Shown here in pieces: positions 51,114 to 64,000 of a DNA stretch of 64,000 nucleotides. Each line of letters starts with the position of its first letter. Position 1 is the first letter of the stretch. Source of the stretch: Lophium mytilinum (taxonomy: Eukaryota); NCBI GenBank assembly GCA_010093605.1, contig MU004199.1, positions 992,001 to 1,056,000 on the forward strand, written 5' to 3'. A program made the translations under genes and the position numbers. The notes under the pieces were generated by a model, which saw nothing but the letters and a program-made list of their open reading frames with translations, made no database searches and was not told the origin of the DNA.

Positions 51114-53516
51114 GTGCGAGTGATATTGAGAGTGTGAGTGGGAAGACTTTGTGGTTCAGATCTTTCTCTTCATGAGACCGATGCGTTGCTCCTCTTGAGT
51201 ACCATGATACTGTTCCCACTAATGTTTCTTTTGTAGCTAGTTGGGGCGCATTGGCATGAAGACTCGAGGATCCGGTAGATTGTTATCCTGGGATAGATGG
51301 CGTAGCCGGAAGAGCTGGTCCATCGATTTGATAAATTGCTCGAAATAATAGAGCTATGCTTCATTTATACCTTCGAGACCATGTTGACGTTGTACCTGGA
51401 TGTATGATCGACCTCAAGCATCTCGAGCGGGATAACCCTCTAATCTACTCGGCATTCAACTTACTATCTGCGAGAAGAGGCCTATATGTAGACGAGAAGA
51501 TCTCACCCGTCTACACATAACACCGTCAAGGCTGCAGGCATAGCCCAGACGTCTATGCACACCCGTTTACCGCTGCTTGGGTTCTGCCAATAGGCTTTCA
51601 AACATCGAGGAGCGCGATGCCGACTCCGAAGCAGTGCGAACCTGACTGCTGCTCGACTCTCAGCCCACTAACGAGCTTGGCTACACCTTACAGTGGTATC
51701 AAGCAAGCAAAGTTATTGCCGAACAGCAACGAATCCTATTGTCCAGACTTATAGAGTATTTTCAAACCCACATTGTCAGGTTTGTATCAGCCTCCTTCAA
51801 CTCATCACAGGCTGCGGTGGCGACGTCTAACTGTCGATCCGGGATTGAAAGTACAGTTCATGAACGTGGATGTTGTCAGCTCGATATGGGCGAATCCATA
51901 GCCAGCTGCTAATTCACATCTAGTTCATCCCTACTTTGGTCGGAAAACTCCATTCTTGTGTCCCATGAACGATTTCGACAGACTCCACGTGGAATTGCAC
52001 CCTCTGGGTTTAGTTTCGTTGGTCTGGACGCTAGTCTCTTTTCCTGTTCTCAATGTCGAGAGCAGGATACCCCCGATCATATCAATAACTAGGTAATACG
52101 TATTAATTTCCCGGGCCATCAAAAATGGTATCGGGCAGTGATGTCCAGCTCAGCCTAGCTGGAAGATAATAATCGTTTTCTCCGTGGGGTGCTCTATGTG
52201 GCTACGCCCATGTGTGGGTTGTGAACGATTGATTTGATCGATTATCTCGAAGGAGCCGTTCAGCGCTGCTTCTGCGAGATTTTGCCCGATTCATCGAGTG
52301 ATGGATATTCGAGTTTCGAGAACCATTAAGGACATATCGAGGTAACGAAAGGTAGGATGTCACGACTCCTCGTATGAGCAGATCTATCAAGTTGAACTTG
52401 TTTGGGTCTATGTTGACACATGAGGTCGTTGAGTCACCGGTTCTAGCTTGACAGAGCCCGTAGGCGGATGTAGAAATGGTCTTTGGAAGATTCTCCAAAA
52501 TTGCTGACACCGGTACCATCATGAAAGAGTAGTCTCATTTCTAGCGAGGACAATTACTATTCCAGGAAGCTCTCTTTCAGGATCAACCATCAAATACTTT
52601 GTTGTCGAGGGACGAGCCTTTTTTTCTCTGATGGGCTCTCCACCCCCTCACCATTAATAATCGTAGGCTTTAGATCAGCTAAGTCTCGTAGATTATGACA
52701 TCCTTGTGATCTGTAGGTCTGTCTAGTGGCGATTCCATAACAGGTTGAGAGAAGTAAGCTATAGAAATAGATCTCAACAAACTCCATAAGCGGCCCGTAC
52801 AGGATATTTTAGTGCAGCTATGTTGAGCCTTTCAGTGCTGACACCAAGAACCAGGCTGGAGTACATACGGGCTGGTGTGTTCGATTTTGATATGATCACC
52901 GAGCCACCATGTCAACGATATGAAGGAAATTTGAACAGCGACCAAGCTATGCAGCTGAAACACTTGATACATTTAAAGAATGTGACGATTTTCAATCCTC
53001 GCAAGAGCCATTTGCACTTCCCGACGAAGATTTCCAGACGGTTTGCAGCAGTAGACGAGGTCCTTTGGTCAGTCGTCGGTCCTGCCGATGGTCCTCCGAC
53101 ATGGGCCGTCATAGTTATCGTGATGATACGTCGAGCATGGCACACTTTTGCCTTTCCGTAGAATAATAATCTTTAAGAGCTGCGATACTAGCGCGGCCAA
53201 ATCTGGAGCCATCATGATCCGCTCGCTGAGATCATAATGACTTCGCCCAAGGTATACGTCAGCCTAAACTTGCCATAATGTCTTGCATTAGCCGCGACAT
53301 GAACTCGCCGCAATCAGCCCCTCGGTTGCTGAGTTTGCCGATTGTGACTCTAGAAGGCTGAATCATTGGGTGAAGCCAGGACATTGCTGTTGTAGCCTTC
53401 GGCTCTCTCCCACCGACGAACATGGGGTTCTAGAGTGACGAGCCAGGCCCCACATCACGGAGGGGTTTCTCCTCGACGGGCTCCATGCAGGACATCAGGG
53501 TTCATGGGATCCGGCT

Positions 53517-53721
53517 TGTGATATTTCCGATCACGTGATGTAAGAATTTGGAGGACAATAGATGTCAATTCTATGTAGAAATCTAGCTAGTCTATATACA
53601 CGTTAGAGAGGCCTATGCAGGCCTTAATTATACTAGATCTATATAGAAAGGTGTTTCTATAGTAGATCTATATATTATATATATAATATCTAAATATTAA
53701 CTATATATTAAGAATTCTATA
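53517..53721 (-). repeat. 3' LTR (left copy)
   Basis: tgtgatatttccgatcacgtga...aagaattctata, adjacent to the PPT. Confidence 0.92.
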
Positions 53722-56700
53722 TCCTCTTCTTTTAGATCTAATTTACTATTAAATTATATTTATAATAGTACGTTGCGCTTACTACTTTATACTATGCGCT
53801 ATTAGTATATTAGGCTATTAGCTTCTTTAGAAGCTTTAAAGCTTCTAGAGGCATATAATACTATAAAAGGTGCATTAGTAGGTAGTAATATTATAGTAAT
53901 ATACCTAAGAGGGGTTTAGAATTCTTTAGAGGCCTGCTACTATATTAGTAGGGGGGATAATAAAGGCATTAGAATATTTAATAGCTTAATAGTAAGGAAG
54001 AATTAAAAGAGATTATAAAGTATTTATAATAGAGGGAATTATAAGGTAATATAAATATTAGTATACTAGCGCGCATTAGGTTCTAATATATAATTAGAGC
54101 TATAATAGCTAATAATAGGCTTATTAGAGATCTTATAAAGTCCCTTATAATCTAGTAAAAAGCTTATAATCTTATATAGGTTTAAGAAGCTATTAGTATA
54201 TTATAGAGCAGTAAGTAGTAATCTAAAAGTAATAGATTTAAGAATCTAGAGTATATATAAGGCCTTCTTAATGCTCTTATACTTTTTCTTCTATACTTAA
54301 CTTTCTTCTTTAAGGTTTAAGCTTTTTTTAGCTTTAAAGGTTTATTAAAGACTCTTATAGCTTCTCTTTTTATTACTATTATCTTTCTTTATTAATTTCT
54401 TTATTAGAACTCTCTCTCTCTTAGCTTCTAGGCTGCTTCTTCTTACTCTAAGTTAGTATTATAATATTACTTAATACCTAGCTAGGTTCTATAGCCTCTA
54501 GCTTACTCTATAGAAGAGGTAGAGATAATAAAGGTAATAATTCTTTAGACCCTAGCTATAGTTATAAGGTTCTACGCTTTTATAAGTACTTAGGTATCTT
54601 AGCTTATAAAGCCTTATAGGCCTATAGTAAGTTTCTAATAATAGTTTAGCTTTTTCTCTTAATAAAGCTAATAAGATCTAGTTACTATTATACTTATATT
54701 AATTATTAACCTTCTAATAGTCTAGAGGTTCTATAATNNNNNNNNNNTATTAAATTAGCTAGGTATATATATAGGTAGATAGGTAGGTAGAAAAAAGTAC
54801 TTCTAGAAACTTCTAGAAGCTAGAAGGGTAGCTACTTTATATTATAGTATAATAGTAGATTGTAAGAGAAGACCTAATATTAGTATATATAGATAAAGTA
54901 GCTATAAGAGAGAGAGAAGGGCGCGGAGCGCCGGCTAAAAGGTAGGCAAGGCTAGCGCTAAGCCTAGTTATATAATAGTAATTATATACTAGAGGGCATA
55001 TAACGCTGTTATATATATTAGAAATATATTATAATAGAAGTTACATTATAGCTATAATAATAGCTTTTAATAATTCTATTTTAATTTCTTAAGCCTTCTA
55101 ATACTATACTATATCTTTTAATTATTTAAACTATACTAAATACCCTCTAAAGTTTAAAGGTAGTAGTAGAGCTTAGAGAAATATACTACTTTAAGAGTTT
55201 CTTAGTAATATTAGAAATAATAAACTAATTTTAAATAAGAACTATAGCTATACTTTATGCTTTATAGGGCTTCTTAAATAGTATTTAGGCTTAAGGGTAG
55301 ATTATAGTAAGAATTCTAGGGCTTCTTCTACCTTTAGGGCTTGCAACTACTACCTAAGAATATTCTTAGAAGGCTGTTAGTTTAGTAAATATATTTAAGC
55401 TTATAATCTAGATAGTTCTTCTCTCTACTAAGAATTCTATATAGAATATTATTAGTAGGGTAGTAAGAGGACTTATTTATTCTAAGGTAAGTTTAGCTTT
55501 ACTTTTAGAGTATTTTAGAACTTAGCTAATACCTATTATAGAAGAATAGACTTTAATAGCTTATTAAAAGACTACTAGGGCTTATATTTAATAAGGTTGC
55601 TATAATATTACTAAGTTTATATCTTCTCTTTATAACTAAGAATCCCTTAAAAACCTAGCTAAGAATGTAGTATACTTAGCCTTAGCTATATAGCTACTAA
55701 TAGAATTAATTTAAAGAAAGACTACTATACTACTATATAATCTAGGTATTTCTTATACTTTTAAATCTCTAATAGCTTAACGTTATCTATAGAGCTCTAG
55801 TAGTGCTTCTACTTAGGCTTCTAGTTTAAGATCTAGCTTCTAGTAATTATCTATAGCTGTATTAGATTTAGAAAATATAGCTACTTTAGGTTCTAGTACT
55901 TAAGGTCTAAGGTAATACTCTCTAACCTCTTCTACTTAGCCTTTAACTTCTTTAACTTCTTTAACCTCTTATTATTCTTCTTTAGGTTCTCTATAGCGCT
56001 CTTAAGAGCCTACTTCTAATATACTATTAAGCCGCCGCTTATTCTAGTTATCTATTAGTAATAATAATAACTCTACTAAAGAGACCCCTTTAAACTCTAC
56101 TTAGTATTAGATAGGCTTTCTAAATACTATTCTCTAGAAGAATAGGGCTAGTAAGTATAGCTAAAATATATTAACTTAGAGCGCGCCTTTAAAATAGCCT
56201 TAGAAGAATAATAATAGCTATTCTAGTAGTAGTAGTAGCTATAGGAGTTCTAGTAGAAGAAGTTCTAGTAGTAGAATAGCTACCTAGAAGGACTAAGAGT
56301 GTATTAGCTTAGCTAGTATTAATAGAAAAGTATTAATTTTCCCTCCCCTTCTAGATATAAGAAGGGTTAAGTATAATAGAAGTATAAGCTTAGCTTAGTT
56401 AATCTCTAATATAGGTTCTTAAATTTATTATCTTTTTAATTCTCTAAAGATAAAATATAGCTAAATAAGTAATAATAAAGAATTAAACGCTTAAATCTAA
56501 ATTAATAAAGGAAATCTAGGTAATAAATATATAGAGTTCTTCTAATACTCTATTAGCTTAAAATAGAAGCGCTATTTAAGCTCTCTTGCGCTTTCTTCTG
56601 CGCAACTCTATATTAAGAGCTTAGGTGGGTTATATTATAGGTATATTAAAATTACTATCTAAATCTAACTTATAATTACTACTAGTATTCTTATTATCTT

Positions 56701-59700
56701 TAATATCTATTATGCTAGTATTACTGCTAGAGAAGCTCTCTAATTAAATATTAGAGTTAGCATTCTTATCTAAGGACTTATTATTTATGCGCATTTTAGT
56801 ATTCTTAGCTCTTAAGTTAATTTCTTTATTCTATAGCTCTATAGTATTATTAGTTTAAATAATAGTATTACCCCTTAGCCGCATAATAATAGTATCCCTA
56901 TTATACTTATTATTATCTTAGTATATAGCATTAGGTAATTAGGTAGTAGTATTTATACTCTTAGGTGTTCTATTACTATCTTAAGCTATTTCTAATAGTT
57001 TTCTATTATTAGTATCTATAGCTAGTACTAATGCATTATTAGGTTATTCTATAGGTGCTGCGTAATTACTAGTTCCCTGCGGAATATTAAGCTTATCTTA
57101 ACTTATTTTTAGCTTATATATATAAACTTTCTAATAGGTATTTATAGTAGTCTTACCTGTATCTTTATATTATATAACTATAAAGCTAGTAACCTATGCT
57201 AGTATAATAGTTAATTAACCCTTCTTAGGTCTCTTTTTCTTAGTAGCCTGTTAGTCTCTCTTAAAAACTCTCTCTTTAAAATCTCTTAGTATTTAATGTA
57301 GCTTTAGTTTAGGCAGTTTCTAAGTATTCTTCTTCTCTTTCTAGAAGAGCTCCGCGCCCTTATGCTGCTATTTTAATTAATACTTAGTAATCTTCTAATT
57401 CTATTCTACTTTAGAAATTATAGTAAACTTAAACTATAGCTTTCTATTAGTATTATCTATATCTAATATATCCGCAATAGTATTATTACTAGGTTTAACT
57501 TCTTCTTAATATACAGCACGCTCTTTATTAGTATTATTAAAATCCTTTTAGTTTTAAAGTACTTAGTTATCTTCTAATATATTATTAGAATATTCTAAGC
57601 TATATTTAGGGTCTTTTTAGTTCTAAAACTTTATATAAGCATTAATGCGTGTATTTACTAACCTATTACTATAAATAAGGTTCTTTAATACTTAATTAGT
57701 AGGCGTTTAAAGCGTATAAGTACTAAGAGAATAAGTAGTAATAATCTTAAATAGACTAAACTATTTTACTCTAAATTTTCTCTTAACCTTATTTTAAAGG
57801 AGTACCTAGGAACTAATCTTCTATTAAGTAACTAGATACTTCTTAGATAGAGGTTGTAGATTCTATAGGCCTGCTATAATTACTTTCTTTAGTAGCTAAT
57901 CTTCTACTAGTACATGCATATATTAAACTTTCCTAATGCAGGCTAAATAATACTCTAATTTAGCTTCTTTATCTATAGTCTTATTAAGAGCTAGTACTAA
58001 AGTATTATTAGGTACTTAAGGATGTCTACTATATATAAGGTAGTAGGAAGTATAGCTATAGAAGGTATTCTAAGTATATATTATATATACTATAGCCGGC
58101 AACTAGATATTTTATATAGCTATATCTTAATTAATTATTAGCTTTATAAGAATATTTTCTAAGACTCTATTAAGCCTCTCTACCTTACTATTTACCTAAG
58201 AGTAATATAGCGTTATAATATTATAGTAAGTCTTAATAAGCTTTTATAGTACTATAATAACTTTAGAAAGAAAGTTTAAACTATTATTAAAAGTAAACGC
58301 TGCTAGGGGTCTATACTAGTAGTAGATTCTTTTATAGATAAATATTACTATAGTCTTAGCTTAAGTATTAGAAAGCGCTATAGCTTTAGGCTAACCTATA
58401 GCGTAATTAATAGTAGTAATAATCTAGTAATTCCTATAGATTAATTATAGCAATCTGCTAATTAAATTAATGCCCTATTTATTAAATAGATCTTAATCTT
58501 TAACCTAATAAAATATTAGTTTATAAATAATCTTTTCCTTCTATACTAGCTAGCATAAGGTATACTTATAAGCGTATTTATTAGTATTATAACTTATTAT
58601 TAGCTACTAGCTATATACTTATAGGGCCTTCTGCATACTATAGTATATAAAGTAGCCTAGCTAGTAGGTTCTATTAAGAACCTATTAATAATAGGAAGGT
58701 GCAATATATAGTATAGTATTCTTAAGAGTATATAGATCTAAATTACTATTAGGTTTATAAAAGTAATAGTATAGTTCTTCTTTTAGAATTATAAAGTTCT
58801 AATATAGGGATAGATAGATTCTTTAGTAGTAAAGCTAGTGTTATTTTAATTTAGCCTTTAATAGCTATTTAGAGAGAGTAGGCTTAAGGCCTATTATAAG
58901 GAACTTTTTTAAATCTTTAATATACTCTATATTAGAATCTTTATACTTAAAGAGGGCTATAAGGCGTTCTTAGGTAAAATTAGGGCGCCTACTAATTATA
59001 TTTAGTACTATTATAAGGGCTTCTAAGTAATACTATATTATAGGGTTATACTACTAGAAATCCTTAATCTATTAAGTAAGCCTTAGTAAGGCTTTCTTAG
59101 TAGTTTATAGGTATTATAATAAGTAGTAATTAATTATAATTATTAATTCTTTCTCTTAGATATAGTATTACTAAATTCTAAGTACTTTCTTAATTACTAG
59201 AAGTTCTTTTTTATAAACTAGGTAGTTTAATTTAGCTTTATTAAGCTTCTAACTATTAAACGCAATAGGGTGCTACTTACCGTCTTCTTTTTATTAGAGA
59301 AGAACTATTCTAATAGTAAAATTAGAAGCGTCTATTTTAATCTAAAAGAGCTTTAACTAGTTAATAAGAGTAAGTATAGGGCGTTTAATAAGCTTTTACT
59401 TAAGAAAGTTAAAAGTAATTTAATAGCTAATATTCTATATAATAGCTTAGTACTTTTTCTTTTATATTATAGTGTTGCTTTCCTTTAGAAGCTTATAGAG
59501 AGGTGCTAATATATAGGTAAAGTTTTTAATAAACTTTTAATAGTATATTACTAGTCTAATAAACTATTAGACCTTATAGATATTAGTAGAAATAGGCTAA
59601 TACTAAATAGCGTCTAGTTTATTAGTTATTAGTTTTACGGTTCCGTAAGAAACTATATAGCTATAGAACTTAATAGTTTCTTAAGTAATTAAGTACTTAT

Positions 59701-62700
59701 TAGTTTTAGTAAATAGTTATTTCTTTCTAAAAGCTTTAAATAATAATTAGAGGTAGTTAAGATACTCTTTTAATATTTCTAAAAACACTATAATATTATC
59801 TATATAGATAAGCATAAATTAATATAGATATAGTTGTAAGGTGTTATTTATAATAGCTTAAAAGGTAGTAGGAGCGTTATAGAGGCTAAAAGGTATAACT
59901 AGAAATTTAAATTTCCCTTTAATTATATTAAAAGTAGTCTTATAGATGTCTAATTAATAAACGCGCAGCTAGTAATATCTAGAGGTTAGATTAATTTTAG
60001 TAAAGAATCTAGCCTTCCTAAATAACTATAAGTAGTTATTAATGCGTAGTAGGGGGTAGGTATTTTTCTAGGTTACTAGATTAAGTGCTCTATAGTTAAT
60101 ATATATTTACTACTTACTATTTAGCTTTAGAATAAAAAGAACTAGAGATTTCTAGGTACTAATAGACTCTTAGATAAGGCCCTATTCTAGTAGCTTATAG
60201 ATCTATTAGGTCTATTCTTCTATTTAATAATATAAGAGGCAGTATATAGTATTATTTACTAGCTTTATATTTCTAGTATTAATTAGATAGTTATATCTAT
60301 GCTTAGGCGGTAGAATATTAGGAAGGATATTATAGAAATAAGGTCTATACTCTTTAAGAAGCTCTTAGAACTTCTCTTGCATAGAAGTAGTAATATAATT
60401 AATTAGAAGTAATAAATTCTTATCTTCTAATAGTAGATTAGTGCCGGGTTATAGTATCTAATCTAGTATTAGTTTATTAGAAGCTTTTATAATATAAAGG
60501 TAAGTAGAATTAAGCTTATCTACTAAGAGCCTCTTATACTCCTAATAGGATATTATATTAATAAAACCCTAGTATTCTAGTTTAGGGAGACTAAGGTCTA
60601 TAATAGGGCTTAATATATTAAGCTAATAAGCTACTAGTTTAATCTTTAGGTTGCGGCTAACCTGCGTTTACAAGGTAACGGAATTAGTAAAGAAGTTAAT
60701 AATAGCTTAGTATTACTATAGCTAGGTTATACTAAGAATATATTAATACCCTTTAAGGTCTAGAATATATGCGGTTAGAGTACCTAATAGCGTATAGATC
60801 TTAAATAGAATCTTTAAGGCTTTTATACTAATTATAGTAGTACCTAAGGAGAGTTTAACTACCTTAGGGGCTATTATTTTAATGTTTCTTAGCTAATATT
60901 AAGTATGCTTTAATAATATATAGATAGAATTAGCGCTATAGTTAATTAAAAAGGTAGTTCTTTTCTAATAGTTAGATAGTTCTAAAGTTTTCTTATATTC
61001 TAAAAGATATTTATCTAGAGAGTTAAGGTAGTAGATTCTTTCTTCTATTAATTTAATAATAATTTAGTTAGAAGAATTATTAAAGGGCGGCTAATTCTTC
61101 TCTATTATAAGTTTATAAAAAGTAGAAGTTTTATCTTTTAGGTTAGTTAGTTGCTCTAAGGCTACTAACCCTTCTAGTTTTCTAATAGCTTTTTAGCTAG
61201 CTAAGTATAGTTATATTTAATATAGCCCTTCTTACTATAATTATAGTACTTACGCGTATTAGTATTCTATTAAGTATTACCTTTACTACGTCCGCTATAG
61301 CCTTAACCGCGTTCTTAAAATCTAGTAGTATTTCTACCTTTAAAGGCGTTAAGTTTAGCGTTATTTTTAGCGTCTAGATATTTATATTTATTAGGATTAA
61401 TATTAGTTACTTAGAAGTAATTATTATTTAATTCTTTATTAGCCCTAGAGATAGTATTAAGGCGGCCCTAATAGTTTCTTATTCTCTTATACTAGAAGAT
61501 CTAATACTTATTAGCTGTAGCAACCTACGCTATCTATTTATTAAAATTAGGAGGGGCCTACGCTTAGGCGTTAATATAAAACTTAAGGCTAGGTTTTAAA
61601 CCTACACGGGCACGTTAATATACTTTAAGATTAGATAAAGCTATATTAAGAGGGTATATATAAGCAGCCCTAATAAGCTTATTAAAGAACTACTAAGTAC
61701 TAGTTATCTATACTATCTTATTAAAGTAATATTAGCGTTGCTTTAGTATATCCGCGCTTTTATAGTAGCGGCTAAAGGTAGTAAAAAACTAATCTAATAT
61801 AGTAAACTTAGTATTACCTTAGTAGTACTATTAAATATCTTAATTCTATTAAACGGCTACAGTTCTAGCTATATAGCTACCGGCTAGCTAAATCTTTTAA
61901 GTTTCTAGCATCTACTAGTAAACCTATTAATAGGCGTCTACTTATATAGTAATAAAGTTGCGCATCTAAACTATCTAGATAGAGTATATATTATTATTAA
62001 CTTTACCTAACTATATAGCGGAAGTCCTTATAAGGACTTTAGGTAGTACTATTAAATAAGGTTCTCTTATAGCTAATATTTTCTTAAAGGCTTATTAGAG
62101 CTCTTATATAGTTTATTCTAATAGACCTTTATTATAGTCTAGTATTAGATAATCTAAGGAAGCGTTAGATAATAGACCCTAAGAGTAGATAGTACTCTAA
62201 GAAGTAGGCTACTACTAGGGGTTATCTAATATATTCTTAACGCGGGTATAGTAATTAGAAACTATAGCTTATAGCTATCTTAGTATAGTAGCCTACTACT
62301 ACTATATAGAAGAAGCTAATATAAAACTAAAGAGTTCTAGTTTCTAGTAATCTATTATATACTCTATTATAGAGGCTTAAAAGCATTAATAGCTATCTAA
62401 AGAAGGCGCAAATAATAGCCCTTAATAGGTAAGCTCTAGATTATAGGCCGGGGCACTACTATAAATAATTAGAGGACCTTAAACTAGTAGCTTAATAGGT
62501 TCTAGGGCAGCGGCCTGCTTAGCCTATAAGGCTAATATTAGATTAGATAGATTATAAAATATAGTGCTAAACTAAGAGAGCCTTTAGAAGAGTTCTTAAA
62601 GGTTAAAGAATAATCTATTAAAATAATAATATCTATTACTAAATATAAAAGAAAGCTAAGAGTTATAGAATATTTAAGGATAAGAAAGAGTAGAAAAGAG

Positions 62701-63344
62701 TTAATAACTATAATATAATTAAATTAAAGAGTAAGAAAAGGGTGCTAAAATAGTAGTATTAAGTTTCTTTCTTAAATACTTTTTAATATCCTATTAGAGA
62801 GGAAGAATCCTTAAAAGGACTTCTCCGCCTTCTTCTTATAATTAACTTATAAGAATTTCTAATTACTATATAATTATTAGGCTCTATTAAGCTATAATAT
62901 TATTCTTCTTACTATTCTACTATTAATCTTACTTTAGTAGCTAATAGAACGCGTAGTTAGTTACATAGAAGTATTAAAAGGAATAGAAAAATCCTATAGT
63001 AATATTCTAGCTAAGAGCTCTTTAGACCTATACTATTTAATTTTTATAAGAATATTTATAATAGGCGGTTATACTATAATACTAGCCTAATGCTAATTAG
63101 GGGCTATTATTAATAGTTATTATTAATTACTAATTAGGTTAATTTTTAGAAACTATTAATACGGCTTAGTATTATTATAATAATCTAAAAATTCTACTAA
63201 TTATAGAAGCTAATATCTTCTATTATTACTAAGGGTTAATTATAAGAATATAGCCTTAGCTAGCTCTATACTATTAAGTTTAAGAACCTAATAGCTCTCT
63301 AAGAAGGCCTTAAAGGCGGCTAGAACTATAACTAAGCTACTAGA

Positions 63345-63549
63345 TATAATATTTCTAATTACATAATATAAGAATTTAGAGAATAATAGATATTAATTCT
63401 ATATAGAAATCTAGCTAGTCTATATATATATTAGAGAGGCCTATATAGGCCTTAATTATACTAGATCTATATAGAAAGGTATTTCTATAGTAGATCTATA
63501 TATTATATATATAATATCTAAATATTAACTATATATTAAGAATTCTATA
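63345..63549 (-). repeat. 5' LTR (right copy)
   Basis: tataatatttctaattacataa...aagaattctata, same length as the left copy and differing only by transitions. Confidence 0.92.
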
Positions 63550-64000
63550 GGCTTAAAAGACTAATTCCCTCTCTATATAAGCGGACCGATATAAGCTGCT
63601 AAATATACAAGCTAATGAGCTTAGGTAATTAAAGGGTATTAGCGTGGATCTCGATCTGAAGAAAGTGGCCTTTCTTTCGTAATTTTTGAAACATTGATTC
63701 CGTCGGCGATCACCAGGTAATGCGCAACCACAACCACGGAAACCCGTAGAGATGTTTATCTCCTACAACGACCATGACACCACTTCGGAGAGGTTTTGCT
63801 TTTATCATGAAGGAGAAGCAGGCGGACTGTAGGTAGATTGACACTCGCCGCGACTGGACAGAAGCCGAACCCATATCTCTTCAGTGTTCTGGTGTTGGTG
63901 CTGATGAGCGTCTTAGCAGCAACTGGACCCAACACTAGTCCATTGAGCACCGTCCTTCAGATTTTCGACAGGCTTATACTTCCCGGACTCATCGAATTCA

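Larger units (their letters stand above)
53517..63549 (-). mobile_element. RIP-inactivated Ty3/Gypsy LTR retrotransposon (about 10 kb, assembly gap at 54738-54747)
   Basis: 205-bp direct LTRs with GGCT on both flanks (53513-53516, 63550-63553). Minus-strand PPT aaagaagagga next to 53721. PBS-like TAGTAGC (RIP of TGGTAGC) at 63336-63342. Minus-strand RT relic KTTFN...FKFLVIPFSLYNAPTTF*...IYIDNII at about 59780-59945, followed by integrase relic TLYYS*VNSKVERLNRVLE at about 58150-58225 (Gypsy order). Extreme AT/TpA content. Confidence 0.93.

Noticed and set aside
51170..53500. Short ORFs between the MFS gene and the retrotransposon
   Set aside because: Fragmentary, no domain recognised; a decayed gene cannot be excluded.

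Overview
64 kb of a filamentous ascomycete (Pezizomycotina-type) chromosome: short introns with CTAAC-type branch points, HET-domain genes and RIP-mutated repeats. Bases 1-51 kb are gene-dense. They hold a Ser/Thr-rich membrane protein, a HET-NACHT-WD40 NLR, a stand-alone HET gene, a RanBP1-domain gene, YIP4-like, GAL7, ERG28, IFA38, an RS-type cyclophilin, an LrgA/LrgB-like protein, GLO3, STR3/metC, a DUF2415 protein, mitochondrial Hsp70 (SSC1) and a GNAT / zinc-cluster TF / DHA1-MFS trio. Bases 53.5-63.5 kb are a heavily RIP-mutated Ty3/Gypsy element on the minus strand, with 205-bp LTRs and a GGCT target-site duplication. The most unusual feature is an apparently non-coding 3.6-kb array (32.7-36.3 kb) of eight same-strand units. 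Each has CACGTG box(es), a TATA box at a near-invariant 25 nt, a pyrimidine tract with TCA, a small conserved hairpin and then a divergent, hairpin-rich body, so it looks like a cluster of co-regulated mini transcription units. Also notable is an un-RIPed solo-LTR-like relative of the Gypsy LTR 200 bp upstream of the NLR gene. Exon boundaries were read by eye, and no database search or folding program was run.
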